Assembly: GCA_965263045.1 (NCBI GenBank)
Contig: CBDHGK010000005.1
Location: 13,377 to 77,376, forward strand
Source of the DNA: Terriglobia bacterium
GTDB lineage: Bacteria; Acidobacteriota; Terriglobia; 20CM-2-55-15
Reading direction: 5' to 3'
DNA length: 64,000 bases
Positions 1 to 11,300 of the stretch are shown in pieces. The notes under the pieces were generated by a model. The model did no database searches and was not told the DNA's origin. It worked only from the letters and a program-made list of their open reading frames with translations. How positions within the stretch are numbered: position 1 is the stretch's first letter; the number at the start of each line of letters is the position of its first letter. Both the position numbers and the translations under genes were made by a program.

Positions 1-195
1 ATGCAGAACGGTGGCATCGTGACCCCAATACCGAAACTTAAACTCCTGAAATGCGGGCACGATCTTGCGGTAATAGTCCTCCTTGTTGATCACACACGAC
101 GCAAGAGCAAAAACAGGGAATTCAGAGCTGATGGAGGAAAGACCGTGGTCACCACTTTCATCAACAAATACGATGAAATCTGAGAAATTCGCCAT
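1..195 (-). CDS. DUF3800-family protein, 5' part (runs off window start)
   Basis: Manual translation of the minus strand from ATG at 195 gives MANFSDFIVFVDESGDHGLSSISSEFPVFALASCVINKEDYYRKIVPAFQEFKFRYWGHDATVLH, with the VDESGDH motif typical of DUF3800. Not in the ORF track because it has no stop in the window. Confidence 0.75.
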   Translation of the reverse strand, partial: MANFSDFIVFVDESGDHGLSSISSEFPVFALASCVINKEDYYRKIVPAFQEFKFRYWGHDATVLH

Positions 196-294
196 CCTCG
201 TACCTGCACTCACCACACACCTGTCAGCAACTTCTGCATCAGTCCGTGGTTCGTTATACCACTCCAGCCCTAAGCTTCTCGATCTTGCGTGGAG

Positions 295-342
295 TTAAGG
301 TGGACGCTCACGCCACGCGTAGTACCCGCTCGGGGAGACGCC
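295..342 (-). mobile_element. Tiny IS3-family OrfB remnant
   Basis: Translates GVSPSGYYAWRERPP*, the conserved start of IS3 OrfB. Confidence 0.45.
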
Positions 343-364
343 ATTGGTTGGTTATATCGTCCAT

Positions 365-1228
365 CTAGGCACCAGGAAATGCTGCACGGGCCGCGGCCCA
401 CCAATCACCGGAAGCGAGATGCTGAAAGATGAGTTTGATTGCCTCCTGAACGCCGACGTCACGGATCTTGGAGGCAATGGACGCAAATGCGGAATTCTCG
501 GCGGCCGGGCAATCCCGGCGGATCCGGTCGAGAACAAGCTCAAGAGTGAGGTTCGGCTTGATCACTTGACGGACAGTCGATTCGCCAGTCCCGGAAGAAA
601 ACGCAATGCCAGAATCGGCAATAACAGCGCCGGAGAGATCGTTGATAGTGACGTGAGTGGCACGAGCCGCGTCGGTGCCGACAACGGACTCGTCGACCGA
701 CGAGGCGTCTTCTAGGAAGAGGCCCAGATGTTGCTGAATCGTGTCGGTAAAACGGCGCTCGACCTGTTCGCGAAGAAAGTGGTAACGCATGGACTTCTGC
801 GCGTGGTAGGTGGCAGAAGAGATGCCCAAAGAATCCAACAATTGCTCAATTGTAACTAGCTCGTTAATGTCCCATGCTGGAAGAAGGTCGACCGGATTGC
901 GAAGTTGGACACGGATGAAGAAGCGAACCGAAATGGCATAGAACAGGTAGTCAACATAATAAAGGGACTTAGGAATGAACGGTCGGTGATTGCTAGAAAA
1001 GCGAGCGCCATGATCCTTCCAGCGTTTGAGAAAAACGTCTTTGTCATGGAATAGAGATGTTTCTGAGAAAATGGCGTTGAGCAAGCTAGAGTCACCAGGA
1101 ACAACGGCGTCGATAGCGTAAACAGCGGGCGGGCAGCAGCTTAAGAGATCATTGAATCGATCCCAATAGAAGTCAAAGGCTTGTACAATACGGGACGAAA
1201 TCGCCGGGTTCTGAAACGAGTCAGCCAT
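365..1228 (-). CDS. Hypothetical protein, 287 aa
   Basis: Long ORF with ATG start and protein-like composition; no motif recognised. Confidence 0.55.
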   Translation of the reverse strand: MADSFQNPAISSRIVQAFDFYWDRFNDLLSCCPPAVYAIDAVVPGDSSLLNAIFSETSLFHDKDVFLKRWKDHGARFSSNHRPFIPKSLYYVDYLFYAISVRFFIRVQLRNPVDLLPAWDINELVTIEQLLDSLGISSATYHAQKSMRYHFLREQVERRFTDTIQQHLGLFLEDASSVDESVVGTDAARATHVTINDLSGAVIADSGIAFSSGTGESTVRQVIKPNLTLELVLDRIRRDCPAAENSAFASIASKIRDVGVQEAIKLIFQHLASGDWWAAARAAFPGA

Positions 1229-1389
1229 TGAAACTAGTCAACGGGAGAATAGGACACTGGCTGCCACAGAAATCCTTCGCCGCTGGTTGCAACGCCGTCC
1301 GACTCTGTGGAAAGGCACGTGTCATTCAACGGCATGGTGGGACGTGAGTGATTGCCAGCACGCGCGTCTTGCTAACGCGAACGCCTCGA

Positions 1390-1414
1390 CTCATCCCCGC
1401 GCGTGCGGGGGAAC
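1390..1414. repeat. Isolated type I-E CRISPR-repeat-like palindrome (no array)
   Basis: CTCATCCCCGCGCGTGCGGGGGAAC resembles the reverse complement of I-E repeats. No copy at 61-bp periodicity. Confidence 0.3.
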
Positions 1415-1815
1415 CCCATTGTTGAGCGTCAATCATTATTTCCCTTCAGGGCTGCGGCGTCTGATCAGTGGTCGCCGATCGCCGCACCCTAGACCGAAAT
1501 CCTCTCCCCCAAGCTAACCTCCACATCACCGCGCGGGTGTGGACGGTATTTTCCCATGGACAGGGTAGTTCTCCCCACAGTTTGTTGAAGAAGAAAGCGG
1601 CTTCCAGAGGCGATGGCAGCGGGACATCCCTAATCTGCGGAAGCCGCTGATTCCATCGGTGAAGCGACCGCGACCGCCAGCTCCGGATTTTTCCGGCCTT
1701 GCTCTCTATCTGCGGCTTACCTCGTGAATATGACGGGGGTGGCTGGATCACCCTGATTGAAGGGCCGGGGGGTGCAATGAGCGGACAGGGAGCTCTCGCG
1801 TCGTCGTGGATGGGA

Positions 1816-2052
1816 TCACCAGTCGTGCCATGTACCCCTGGCGGGAGGCAGTCCTTCTACACACGAGGAATGCAACAGGCTCGGCTTCAAACTCCCCCAC
1901 TTTTTCTGATAGCCCACGACGGCTCGGCCACCAGTTGTCGCTGGGGATCCGAGATGGCCACAGTACAGATGCGCGAGTTCGTGTGCCAACGTAGCGTACT
2001 TCTGCTCCGGAGAGTGTTTAGCGTTCAGCAACAACTCGTACCGCACATCCAT
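1816..2052 (-). pseudogene. ImmA/IrrE-like HExxH metallopeptidase fragment, frameshifted
   Basis: YELLLNAKHSPEQKYATLAHELAHLYCGHLGSP continues in another frame as DNWWPSRRGLSEKVGEFEAEPVAFLVCRR; in-frame stop upstream. Confidence 0.65.
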
Positions 2053-2249
2053 CTCTCGGACTTCGGGCTCGGGACGTTAGATACTGACCAGGACGGCGAT
2101 GCCGGATTCCATGCCGTTTCATTCCGTCGCTTCGATTCCAATGACAGTGATGGCTGGAATTACAATTGAAGGACAACCGGTGTTATCGCAACGGGCCCGG
2201 TGTTACCATTCCTCGGCGCGCCGTGTGGCGCACCGGGGGCGGTGAATCG

Positions 2250-2534
2250 ATGAGCGACGATACGGATGAACGGCTAATTAAAGCTCCGGTTGTCGTCGAG
2301 AGCTTCGGCGACCTGGACGAGAAGTCGCGGTCGGCGATCCGACGGGCAGCAGCGGGCGCGGCCGTCGACGTGCTCGCCAACCGGGTGAGAGAGCTGTGTG
2401 CGGCTTTCGACGAATTGGACGCGGATGATCTGGGCGATGCCGCACAGGAGGCGTTCTGGCGGGCCCACGATCTGATGGAAGACGCCTGTTCGGCACTGGA
2501 TCAAGCGGGTGGGGACGGCGAAGAAGGGCAGTGA
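2250..2534 (+). CDS. Small acidic hypothetical protein, 94 aa
   Basis: ATG at 2250 within the 2166-2534 ORF; helical acidic sequence. Confidence 0.45.
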   Translation: MSDDTDERLIKAPVVVESFGDLDEKSRSAIRRAAAGAAVDVLANRVRELCAAFDELDADDLGDAAQEAFWRAHDLMEDACSALDQAGGDGEEGQ

Positions 2535-2638
2535 CTGAACGGTAAGCTGGTCGCTACAGCCAGCGGCTGCACGCACGAGAGCGCCGATAAGAAGCGTTGA
2601 TGTGGCCGACCCAGAAATGGCTTTACATCGCCCTCCGG

Positions 2639-2871
2639 CGGCCCACCTCTACGACGATTTCGCTTCCGACATACGGGACGACCGGCCAGGACTCGACAGT
2701 TACTTGCGCGCCCTGAGGAGGGGCGACGTGCTCGTGGTCTGGAAACTCGCCCGTCTCGGCCGCAACCTCGCCCATCTGTTCCACACCGTGCAGGACCTCC
2801 CTGCCCGCGGCGTGGGCCTGTGGGTGCTCACCGGTCAAGGCGCGCAGATCGACACCACCACCGCGGCCGGC
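2639..2871 (+). pseudogene. Serine recombinase (resolvase) internal fragment
   Basis: HLYDDFAS..DRPGL..LRRGDVLVVWKLARLGRNLAHL..IDTTTAAG; catalytic N-terminus and C-terminus absent. Confidence 0.8.
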
Positions 2872-3019
2872 GCTTTTCGGAAGCCTGTCCAGAGGCGGTC
2901 GCCTCGATGAAATCGTCGATGCGGAAGTCGTGTTTGCGTGCGTACTCGAGGATGGCGAGGCGCTGCCTGCGCACGTCCTGCTGCGCGGTCGAGACCCTCA
3001 GATAGGCAACGGTTTTCAC
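2866..3019 (-). pseudogene. Serine recombinase N-terminal fragment
   Basis: GTG start at 3019, (M)KTVAYLRVSTAQQD..QRLAILEYA, including the catalytic Ser motif; truncated at about 2866. Confidence 0.8.
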
Positions 3020-3092
3020 AGCCTGACCATGTAATACGTCTTCGGGTATTTTATATGACAGATACGAAACATGGAATGCGTCACGTTCCATG

Positions 3093-3164
3093 CTACTGAA
3101 CTGTTAGGTCAAGACGAGCGTTTGTTCCTGACAGAACCCTGCCGGTCTCCGACCCCGACGTCTC
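3093..3164. repeat. 72-bp dispersed repeat, copy 1 (putative res site upstream of resolvase)
   Basis: 68/72 identical to 16626-16697. Contains GGTCAAGACGAGCGTTTGTTCCTGACA about 90-115 bp upstream of the resolvase start. Confidence 0.6.
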
Positions 3165-3184
3165 TCGCCCCCGTCTGATTCGCG

Positions 3185-3706
3185 ATGCCAGCTTTCTCGA
3201 AGCCGGCCGACGCGAGATCGCCCTGCGGCGGGGCCGCCACAATCGATTGGGTTTCGCCTACCCGGTCGCCTTCGTGCGTTGGCTTGCGTCTGGAGGAGTT
3301 GCTGGCCGACGCGCTGCCGACCTCCGGTGCTGTCGCCCTCAGCGGGTCGATGCTGCTGGGTCGCTCGTCCAGGTTGCCCCCGTTCGTGCTGCACGTCAAA
3401 CCCGTGGGTGACTCCCAATCGGAGTACGGAGCGCGGCCCGTCGCTGCGCTGGTCCTGATTGTCGAGCCGGGACGCCATCATCGGATCGATCCGGGCCTGG
3501 TGGCGAGGACCCTCAGGCTGACGCCGGCCGAGAGTCAGGTGGCGGTCTCGTTGGCCGAAGGCAAAAACGTGCGCGACATCGCCCGGGCGACGGGGCTCAC
3601 GGAAGGCGCCATCTACTGGCACCTGAAGCAGATCTACCAGAGACTGCCGATCTCCCGGCAGGTGGACCTGGTGCGGTGGGTGCTGTCGATCGCCGAATTC
3701 CGGTAG
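3185..3706 (+). pseudogene. LuxR-type HTH regulator, 5'-truncated
   Basis: C-terminal LTPAESQVAVSLAEGKNVRDIARATGLTEGAIYWHLKQIYQRL HTH; N-terminal part degenerate. Confidence 0.7.
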
Positions 3707-4086
3707 CCACTCCACTGCTGGCGTCCTCGTTGGGCGGTCTGAATGCTTGCCGCCTTCTTTTTTCAAAAAACTACCACATTTCTTCAAATCCTACCAATCT
3801 TGGTAGCGACTGTAAGACATTGAAAGTACTAACATTTGGCGGATAAAGGCAAGAAGCCCCTCAGGGTCGACCGCTCCGCCACCACCGGCTGTTGCCACAG
3901 TGCGGCGGCCCGATGGGACGCAGGTAACGTTCAAGCACGGTGGGTCCCGGGAGGCCGGACAGATCCGGAAGAAGGTGGGCGAGATCTATGACTACGGTTT
4001 ATCGGATTGCAGTTCGACTGGGCCATCTTTACAATTCTGCCACCCGCCATTTTCGCTATATCGCCACAGACGATCATCCCGGGATC

Positions 4087-7000
4087 ATGAGATTTGTCGT
4101 CCTCCTCACCGTCGCCTGGCTTTACAACGTGGTCCCAGTTGTAGCGGGACCTCCGCAGACCCACGGATCGTTCTCAGTACCGGATCGGGGCGGACAATCC
4201 AACGCGAGCAGCGGAACGGCAGAGACACTGCGCGTCGGCTATGGGCGAATTCGCGCGGACGCGCGTTCGACTACCCCTTCCGGAATCGCGATATTTCAAT
4301 TCAGGGACAGCGATGGCGTCCTGATCTCCGAAGCGGGTGTTCCAGCCGCCGAGCCTGTCGTCGAGGGCCGGATATTCGCTGAAGTGAACGGTCCGGTCAA
4401 TACCGGCCTGGCGATCGCCAATCCGAACGACGTGCCGGCAACCGTCCGTTTCTATTTCACCGACAGCCACGGCGTCAATTCGGGTAGCGGCAGCTTCGAA
4501 CTCGGAGCGCACCAGCAGACGGCGAAATTTCTGGATCAGGCACCATTCAACGGTGGTCCCTCCGTATTGGGCACCTTTACGTTTACCGCATCGGTTCCTA
4601 TCGCCGTCATTGCCCTCCGGGGATTCACCAACGAAGCCGGCGAGTTTCTGATGACGACGCTTCCGGTCGCGCCCCTGTCGTCGACCTCCTCGGATACGGT
4701 CTACTTTCCCCATTTTGCAGATGGTGGCGGATGGGCGACCCATGTCATTCTGGTGAATCCGATGGATCGGACGATTACGGGAACGGTCGGATTCCTGGGA
4801 CAAGGGAGCGATACGGCGCCGGCAGCGCCCGTAGTCCTGACGCTGGACGATGGTTCGACGGGGTCAAGATTCGATTATTCCATTCCTCCCCGCAGCGCTC
4901 AGAGATTCATCACCGCGAACCCTCCCGGCGGACTGGCCGTGGGTTCGGTGAGAGCGACTCCCCACAGCGGGAACGCCGCCCCCTCCGGGCTGGTCGTCTT
5001 CTCTTTTGCCTCCGACGGAAAGACCGTTTCCGAAGCCGGGGTGCCCGCGCTACCCAAAGGGTCGGCATTCCGTGTCTATGTCGAAACGTCGGGAATGCCC
5101 AATCAGCCGGGCTCGATCCGAAGCGGACTGGCTGTCACCAATGCGGGAGCCACAACCAATACGGTGACGCTGGAGGTTACACGTCTGGACGGGTCGCTGG
5201 CGGTGCCCCCGGCCACACTGGCGCTTCCACCGTCGGGTCAGATTGCCCGCTTTATCGACGAGATATTTACACTGCCGGACAACTTTTCCGGGGTGGTCCG
5301 GGTGACCTCCACGGTTGAAGTGGCCATCGTTGGGCTGCGCTTGCGCGTCAACGAGCGAGGGGAATTGAAGGTGACGACGACCCCGCCATCAAACGAAACA
5401 GCTGCATCGACCACGGCGGAAACATTCTTCCCTCATATCGCGGACTCGGGGGGCTGGTCCACACAGTTCATCCTGTTCAGCGGAACGGCAGGCCAGGCCG
5501 CAGCCGGAACGTTGAGTTTCTTCGACTACACCGGGCAACCGCTGTATCTGGAGACGCCCGCCGGAGCCGACAACGGTTCCTTCGTGGGCCAAGTCCAACT
5601 CGCATGCGAGGACTGCGGCGCGTTCGAGGATGTCAATGTCGTGCTGACCAGCGCCGGTGTCCTGGAAACCACCACACCAAATGTCTACAGCCAATTCGGG
5701 TTCTTCGGCTTGACCGCTGGAGACTACATCATTCAGGTTCGGAAACCGGGATTCCGATCCACGCCCGCCCGGTCGTTCCGCGTCGAAGCGGACGGGCGTG
5801 TCTCAACCACGGACAAGACGTTCTTCCTCTATCCGCTCGACTCCGACACGTTCGTGTTCCATTGGGAGGAAGACCAAAGCGCCGCTGGGTATGAGTACTC
5901 GGCCCACATCAACGAACCTCTTGAGGTCGAATTTCTTGATGAGGAAGTCACGAGGGCCGACAGCTCGTCTGCTGACCAACTGTTCCACGACTACAACATC
6001 ACGCTGGTCGATCACGGAGACAATGCCTGGACGCACGAGCACGCCTATCGCCTGTGGCAAACGATGGAATCGATTCCTCAGCGGAAGCGATATTCGTACG
6101 GCGTACAGTCGGTGCTCCCGAGTCAGTGGATCATAGTCTCCGAGCACGTGGCAGACGACATCCGAATCGACGCCGACACCAACGGGTCCCGGACTGTTTC
6201 TATCTCGGTCGATGCTTTCGTCTATGCCACCCCGAGGATTGCCCGCGTCGAGGGGAAGCGAGGAGCCTACTACTCGAAGCGTCTGCACCATGCGGCGGTG
6301 CGGTTCGTTACTGACAATGGCAACGATGCGGATGCGTACGAGAAGATCCTCCAGGAACGATTCGGAGTGACAACGCGGATCACCGATCATACGACCTACC
6401 GTGAATTGAGCGCCGCGACAACCGATGAACCCGCTTGGCGTTTCCAGGAATTCCATGCCGAAGAGATCGTACAGATCATCAACACCCTTGAGGAGATGCC
6501 CGCCGGAATGCACGCCATCGGGGGACTCAAGTACCTAGTGAGACGCCTAGACGGAACCCCGCACCCTCTGTATCCAGGGGCTCCAGCCGTTGCCTGGACC
6601 GGATCCGGTTACATCGAATTCATGGAGCACGCTTTCAACACGTCCTCCATTCTCTCCGTCCACCGCCTGATCATTCACGAGAAGGCGCATTTCCTCTGGG
6701 CATATCTGTTCGGCGATCAGTTGAAGGAGGACTGGACCGAACTGGGGGGATGGTACCCCGATGCGAACGACCCGGACGGGTGGTCCACCACCAAACAAAC
6801 GGAGTTCGTCAGTGCCTACGCCCATCGGAAGAACCCCAACGAGGACATGGCCGAGTCAATCGCCTACTTCGTCATCAACCCGGATAAGCTGCGATCCCGC
6901 TCTCCTGGAAAGTACGAATTCGTGCGAGCTCGCATCATGCAGGGGAGTTTCTACATCTCGAAAATCCGCGAGGACTTGACGTTCGAGGTGTACAACCTTT

Positions 7001-8208
7001 ACCCGGACTACGTGTATCCAGGGAAGATCCGCCGGGTGGACATCGAAGTGACCGGCGCTCCGGAAGAGGACAAGAAGGTCCGAATCGAGATTGAGCTGCA
7101 TGCGCTGGACGGGGAGTTGGAAGGCGCCGTTCACGCGTACACCAGAATATTCAGCGAAATTGGCACGTTCACAGACCTGTACCTCTATCCAGTCGATGTG
7201 CCACGGGGCACGCCAGGCACGGTACTATCCGGGAGCTTCACGCTCAACAAGTATGTCAAGACAGGTTACTGGAGTCCGGATCAGATCCGTCTTTCCGACG
7301 CTCACAGTAACGAGCGGTTCGGGGGCATCAATGACTTCGGTTGGCGCCTCTACGTCAACAACCCGCTGGAAGACGTAACACCCCCTCAGTACGTGAGAAA
7401 CTCGTTGGCCCTCTCCAAATCCAGTGCAATCCTGGAAGGCAGGGAAGTCCAGGTTATCGAGGCAACATGGAAAGTCGTCGAGGAAGATTCAGGGATCGAT
7501 GACTGCGCTGGGTACCTGGTCGTCGAGATCCCCGGCACCTCTACCCGTAGATACAGGCGTGATGGATACAGCTATCGGATGGGGAAGGATTTCCCCTACC
7601 GTTTCGACCCCGAGGAAAGTCTCTGTCGGGCTTGGCGTATCGTGCCGCATTACATGCCCTCGGGGGTGTATACCGTGGTGTACATCGACATGCGTGACCG
7701 GGCTGGGAACCAGCGCGGCATCTATTTCGGGGATCCAAATCATGGTCTCAGACAAGAACAATCCATCATCGATGAAGTCGGTCCTCAGATCGAAATGGTG
7801 ACGGAGAATCCGGACAATGAGCCGCCGGAACTGGACCTCAACAACATCAGCATTGAGGCGCAGCCCACCCAACCGGATGACCCGAACGGCGAGACGTTGG
7901 TGACGCTCAAGTATCGCGTTCGAGACAACATTTCCGGAGTCACGAACGCAAATATATACTTGCGAGACCCACAGGGGGTTGAACACCACTTTTACATGTA
8001 CCCGAAGGTTGGATATCTCCATGGATCGACATGGTTTCCATCTGGAGACCCATCACCGTGGTCTGACGAGACCTGGACCGTGCTGCTGCCTGCGGGGTCC
8101 GCGCCAGGGATCTGGGGGGTCGCGGAGATAGCGGTTTGGGACCGAGCGGATAACTTCAAGCAGTACGACTTCACCGAAATCATCCATTTCGATGTGGAAG
8201 GCCAATAA
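4087..8208 (+). CDS. Large secreted protein: signal peptide, duplicated beta-sandwich module, carboxypeptidase-regulatory-like domain, HExxH zinc metallopeptidase
   Basis: MRFVVLLTVAW signal at 4087; YIIQVRKPGF Ig-like segment; IIHEKAHF and NPNEDMAES zincin motifs. Confidence 0.8.
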   Translation: MRFVVLLTVAWLYNVVPVVAGPPQTHGSFSVPDRGGQSNASSGTAETLRVGYGRIRADARSTTPSGIAIFQFRDSDGVLISEAGVPAAEPVVEGRIFAEVNGPVNTGLAIANPNDVPATVRFYFTDSHGVNSGSGSFELGAHQQTAKFLDQAPFNGGPSVLGTFTFTASVPIAVIALRGFTNEAGEFLMTTLPVAPLSSTSSDTVYFPHFADGGGWATHVILVNPMDRTITGTVGFLGQGSDTAPAAPVVLTLDDGSTGSRFDYSIPPRSAQRFITANPPGGLAVGSVRATPHSGNAAPSGLVVFSFASDGKTVSEAGVPALPKGSAFRVYVETSGMPNQPGSIRSGLAVTNAGATTNTVTLEVTRLDGSLAVPPATLALPPSGQIARFIDEIFTLPDNFSGVVRVTSTVEVAIVGLRLRVNERGELKVTTTPPSNETAASTTAETFFPHIADSGGWSTQFILFSGTAGQAAAGTLSFFDYTGQPLYLETPAGADNGSFVGQVQLACEDCGAFEDVNVVLTSAGVLETTTPNVYSQFGFFGLTAGDYIIQVRKPGFRSTPARSFRVEADGRVSTTDKTFFLYPLDSDTFVFHWEEDQSAAGYEYSAHINEPLEVEFLDEEVTRADSSSADQLFHDYNITLVDHGDNAWTHEHAYRLWQTMESIPQRKRYSYGVQSVLPSQWIIVSEHVADDIRIDADTNGSRTVSISVDAFVYATPRIARVEGKRGAYYSKRLHHAAVRFVTDNGNDADAYEKILQERFGVTTRITDHTTYRELSAATTDEPAWRFQEFHAEEIVQIINTLEEMPAGMHAIGGLKYLVRRLDGTPHPLYPGAPAVAWTGSGYIEFMEHAFNTSSILSVHRLIIHEKAHFLWAYLFGDQLKEDWTELGGWYPDANDPDGWSTTKQTEFVSAYAHRKNPNEDMAESIAYFVINPDKLRSRSPGKYEFVRARIMQGSFYISKIREDLTFEVYNLYPDYVYPGKIRRVDIEVTGAPEEDKKVRIEIELHALDGELEGAVHAYTRIFSEIGTFTDLYLYPVDVPRGTPGTVLSGSFTLNKYVKTGYWSPDQIRLSDAHSNERFGGINDFGWRLYVNNPLEDVTPPQYVRNSLALSKSSAILEGREVQVIEATWKVVEEDSGIDDCAGYLVVEIPGTSTRRYRRDGYSYRMGKDFPYRFDPEESLCRAWRIVPHYMPSGVYTVVYIDMRDRAGNQRGIYFGDPNHGLRQEQSIIDEVGPQIEMVTENPDNEPPELDLNNISIEAQPTQPDDPNGETLVTLKYRVRDNISGVTNANIYLRDPQGVEHHFYMYPKVGYLHGSTWFPSGDPSPWSDETWTVLLPAGSAPGIWGVAEIAVWDRADNFKQYDFTEIIHFDVEGQ
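4168..5550 (+). repeat. 1.38 kb direct repeat, copy 1 (N-terminal module of gene 4087)
   Basis: Aligns without gaps to 10274-11656 at constant offset 6106. Confidence 0.95.
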
Positions 8209-8341
8209 GAGTGGTTCCGCGACTCCGCCGAGGCCGGGCGCACATACTGGACGACCGGTTCCGGCAGATAATTAACACGCCGTTATGGGCCGCACGTGGG
8301 TCCAGAGACCTGGTCAAGGTTCAAAACGGAGGTCTCTCACC

Positions 8342-11300
8342 ATGAACAAGGCGATCCTGTACGTGCTGCTTGGCGCACTAGCGATACTGCTGGTTTCCCT
8401 CGATGGTAGGGGGCAATTTTCGGATGGGCCCATTTCCAACATCATTGGAGGGAATCCGGTCTCAGGCCAGCAATTCCCATTTGTCGTGTACATAGATGGG
8501 GGCGATTGGTTCTGCTCTGGCTCCCTGGTTGCTGATAATTGGGTTCTTACGGCTGCTCACTGTGTAGTGGAACACAGCGGGAACGTCGTCTCCCCGAGAA
8601 GTATTGCGGTTGAACGCGGGTATCCCGACGATCATGAAGTAATAGAGGAAATCGGGCGGATAGTTGTTCACCCGGAATATTACTATGCCGGTGCGGGTTT
8701 CAAAAATGACGCAGCGCTTATCGAACTCCTTGAGCCGTTTCAATCAGAGTTGGCTGTCCCAATTCAGGTATTAACTGCGGAACAGCGGGCCCAGTATGCC
8801 CCTTCCGGCACCCTTGCGACCGCCGTGGGCTACGGGCGAAAAGAGAACAACGAATGGAGTGACGGCATGAGGCAAGTCGATATTCCGTTGTCGACGCCGG
8901 AGGATTGCCGGCAAAACTACGTTTTCGTTGATGAAAATGAAATTACCCATGAGAGTACGCTGTGCGCCGGCGCACCCGGGAAGGGGATCAACGGCGGGGA
9001 TAGCGGCGGGCCGCTTCTGGTGTCGATCCGTGGCGGATGGGGGCAAGTCGGTATCGCTTCAATTCGTGGCCGGTCAGAATCTGGCGACCCCGTCATTGCG
9101 GTCTATACCCGAGTGCCATCAATCTATGACTGGATCACCGAAAACATTACGAACACGGCGACCTGGGCGCAAACTTCAGCCGACTGGACGATCACCACGT
9201 TTGCGGGTAACGGAGAGGATATCAGAGGGTTCGGCAGCCCCGCCGGGGAAGGCGGCCCGGCGGTCGATGCCCAACTATACTTGCCCTCTGATGTGGCGGT
9301 GGACGGTACCGGCAACGTCTTTATCGCCGATACAGGCTGGCGCCGGATCCGCAAGGTGGATTCCTCGGGCACCATCACCCCAATCGCTGGCACCGGAGGT
9401 GGGGGTCCTTTCGGTGGGGACGGCGGCCCCGCGGTCGATGCCCAGGTAAGCAAGGCCTGGGGCGTGGCGATGGACGGTGTCGGCAACGTCTTTATAGCTG
9501 ATACCGGCAACCACCGGATCCGCAAGGTCGATTCCACGGGGACGATTACCACCATCGTAGGCCCGGGAAGCACTGTTATTAACCACAGGGGCGGGTTCAG
9601 CGGGGACGGCGGCCCGGCTGCAGCAGCCCTGCTAAGGAATCCCCATGGCGTGGCGGTGGACGGCGCCGGCAACCTTTTCATCGCCGATACTTACAACCAC
9701 CGGATCCGCAAGGTGGACACCTCGGGTACCATGACCACCATCGCCGGCTCGGGAAGTACTGGTTTAGCCAGGGGCGGGTTCAACGGGGACGGCGGCCCAG
9801 CCACCGCGGCCCGCCTATACGGGCCCACCGGTGTGGCGGTGGATGGCGCGGGCAACCTCTACATTGCCGATAGGGACAACAACCGGATCCGCAAGGTGGA
9901 CACCTCGGATATCATCACCACTATCGCGGGGAATGGACCGAGCGGAGATCACGGCAGCTACGGAGGGGACGGCGGCCCCGCGTTCGATGCCCAACTGTAC
10001 TTACCCTATGGTGTGGCGGTGGACGGCGGCGGCAACCTCTTCATCGCCGATACCGCCAACGACCGGATCCGCAAGGTCGATTCCACGGGGACGATTACCA
10101 CGATTGCGGGGACGGGGGAGTACGGCTTCAGCGGGGACGGAGGACCGGCGCCTGAGGCGCAGCTCAGGCGCCCCAGTGGCGTGGCGGTGGACGGCGGCGG
10201 CAACCTCTTCATCGCCGATACCAACAACCACCGCATTCGCCTGCTGACGCTGCTGACTCCTCCTGAGCCCGAATCGTTCTCAATCCCGGATCGCGGAGGC
10301 ACCTCAACCACGAGCAACGGAACGGGAGAGAGCGTGAGGGTAGGTTATGGGCGAATCCGTGCTGACGCGGGTTCGAGCACGCCTTCCGGGACCGCGATTT
10401 TCCAATTCAGGGACAGTGAAGGTGTCCTGATTTCCGAAGCGGGCGTTTCGGCATCCGAGCCTGTCCAGGAGGGGCGGATATTTGCCGAAGTGAACGGTCC
10501 GGTCAATACCGGGCTGGCGATCGCCAATCCGAACGACGGGTCGGCCTTCATCCAGTTCCATTTTACTGACACTAACGGCACCCGTTTCGCTGAAGGTAGT
10601 TTCGAACACGGGGCGCACCAGCAGACTGCGAAATTTCTGGATCAAGCACCATTCAACAGTGGCTCCTCCGTATTGGGAACCTTGACGTTTACCTCATCGG
10701 TGCGGGTTGCTGTCGTCGCCCTCCGGGGGCTCACCAACGAAGCCGGCGAGTTTCTGATGACGACGCTTCCGGTCGCGCCCCTGTCGTCGACCTCCTCGGA
10801 TACGGTCTACTTTCCCCATTTTGCAGATGGTGGCGGATGGGCGACCCATGTCATTCTGGTGAATCCGATGGATCGGACGATTACGGGAACGGTCGGATTC
10901 CTGGGACAAGGGAGCGATACGGCGCCGGCAGCGCCCGTAGTCCTGACGCTGGACGATGGTTCGACGGGGTCAAGATTCGATTATTCCATTCCTCCCCGCA
11001 GCGCTCAGAGATTCATCACCGCGAACCCTCCCGGCGGACTGGCCGTGGGTTCGGTGAGAGCGACTCCCCACAGCGGGAACGCCGCCCCCTCCGGGCTCGT
11101 CCTCTTCTCTTTTGCCTCCGATGGAAAGACCGTTTCCGAAGCCGGGGTGCCCGCGCTACCCAAAGGGTCGGCATTCCGTGTCTATGTCGAAACGTCGGGA
11201 ATGCCCAATCAGCCGGGCTCGATCCGAAGCGGGCTGGCTATCACCAATGCGGGAGCCACAACCAATACGGTAACGCTGGAGGTGACACGTCTGGACGGGT

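Noticed and set aside
3104-3787. 227-aa minus-strand ORF
   Set aside because: Shadow of the LuxR remnant, which carries the recognisable motif.
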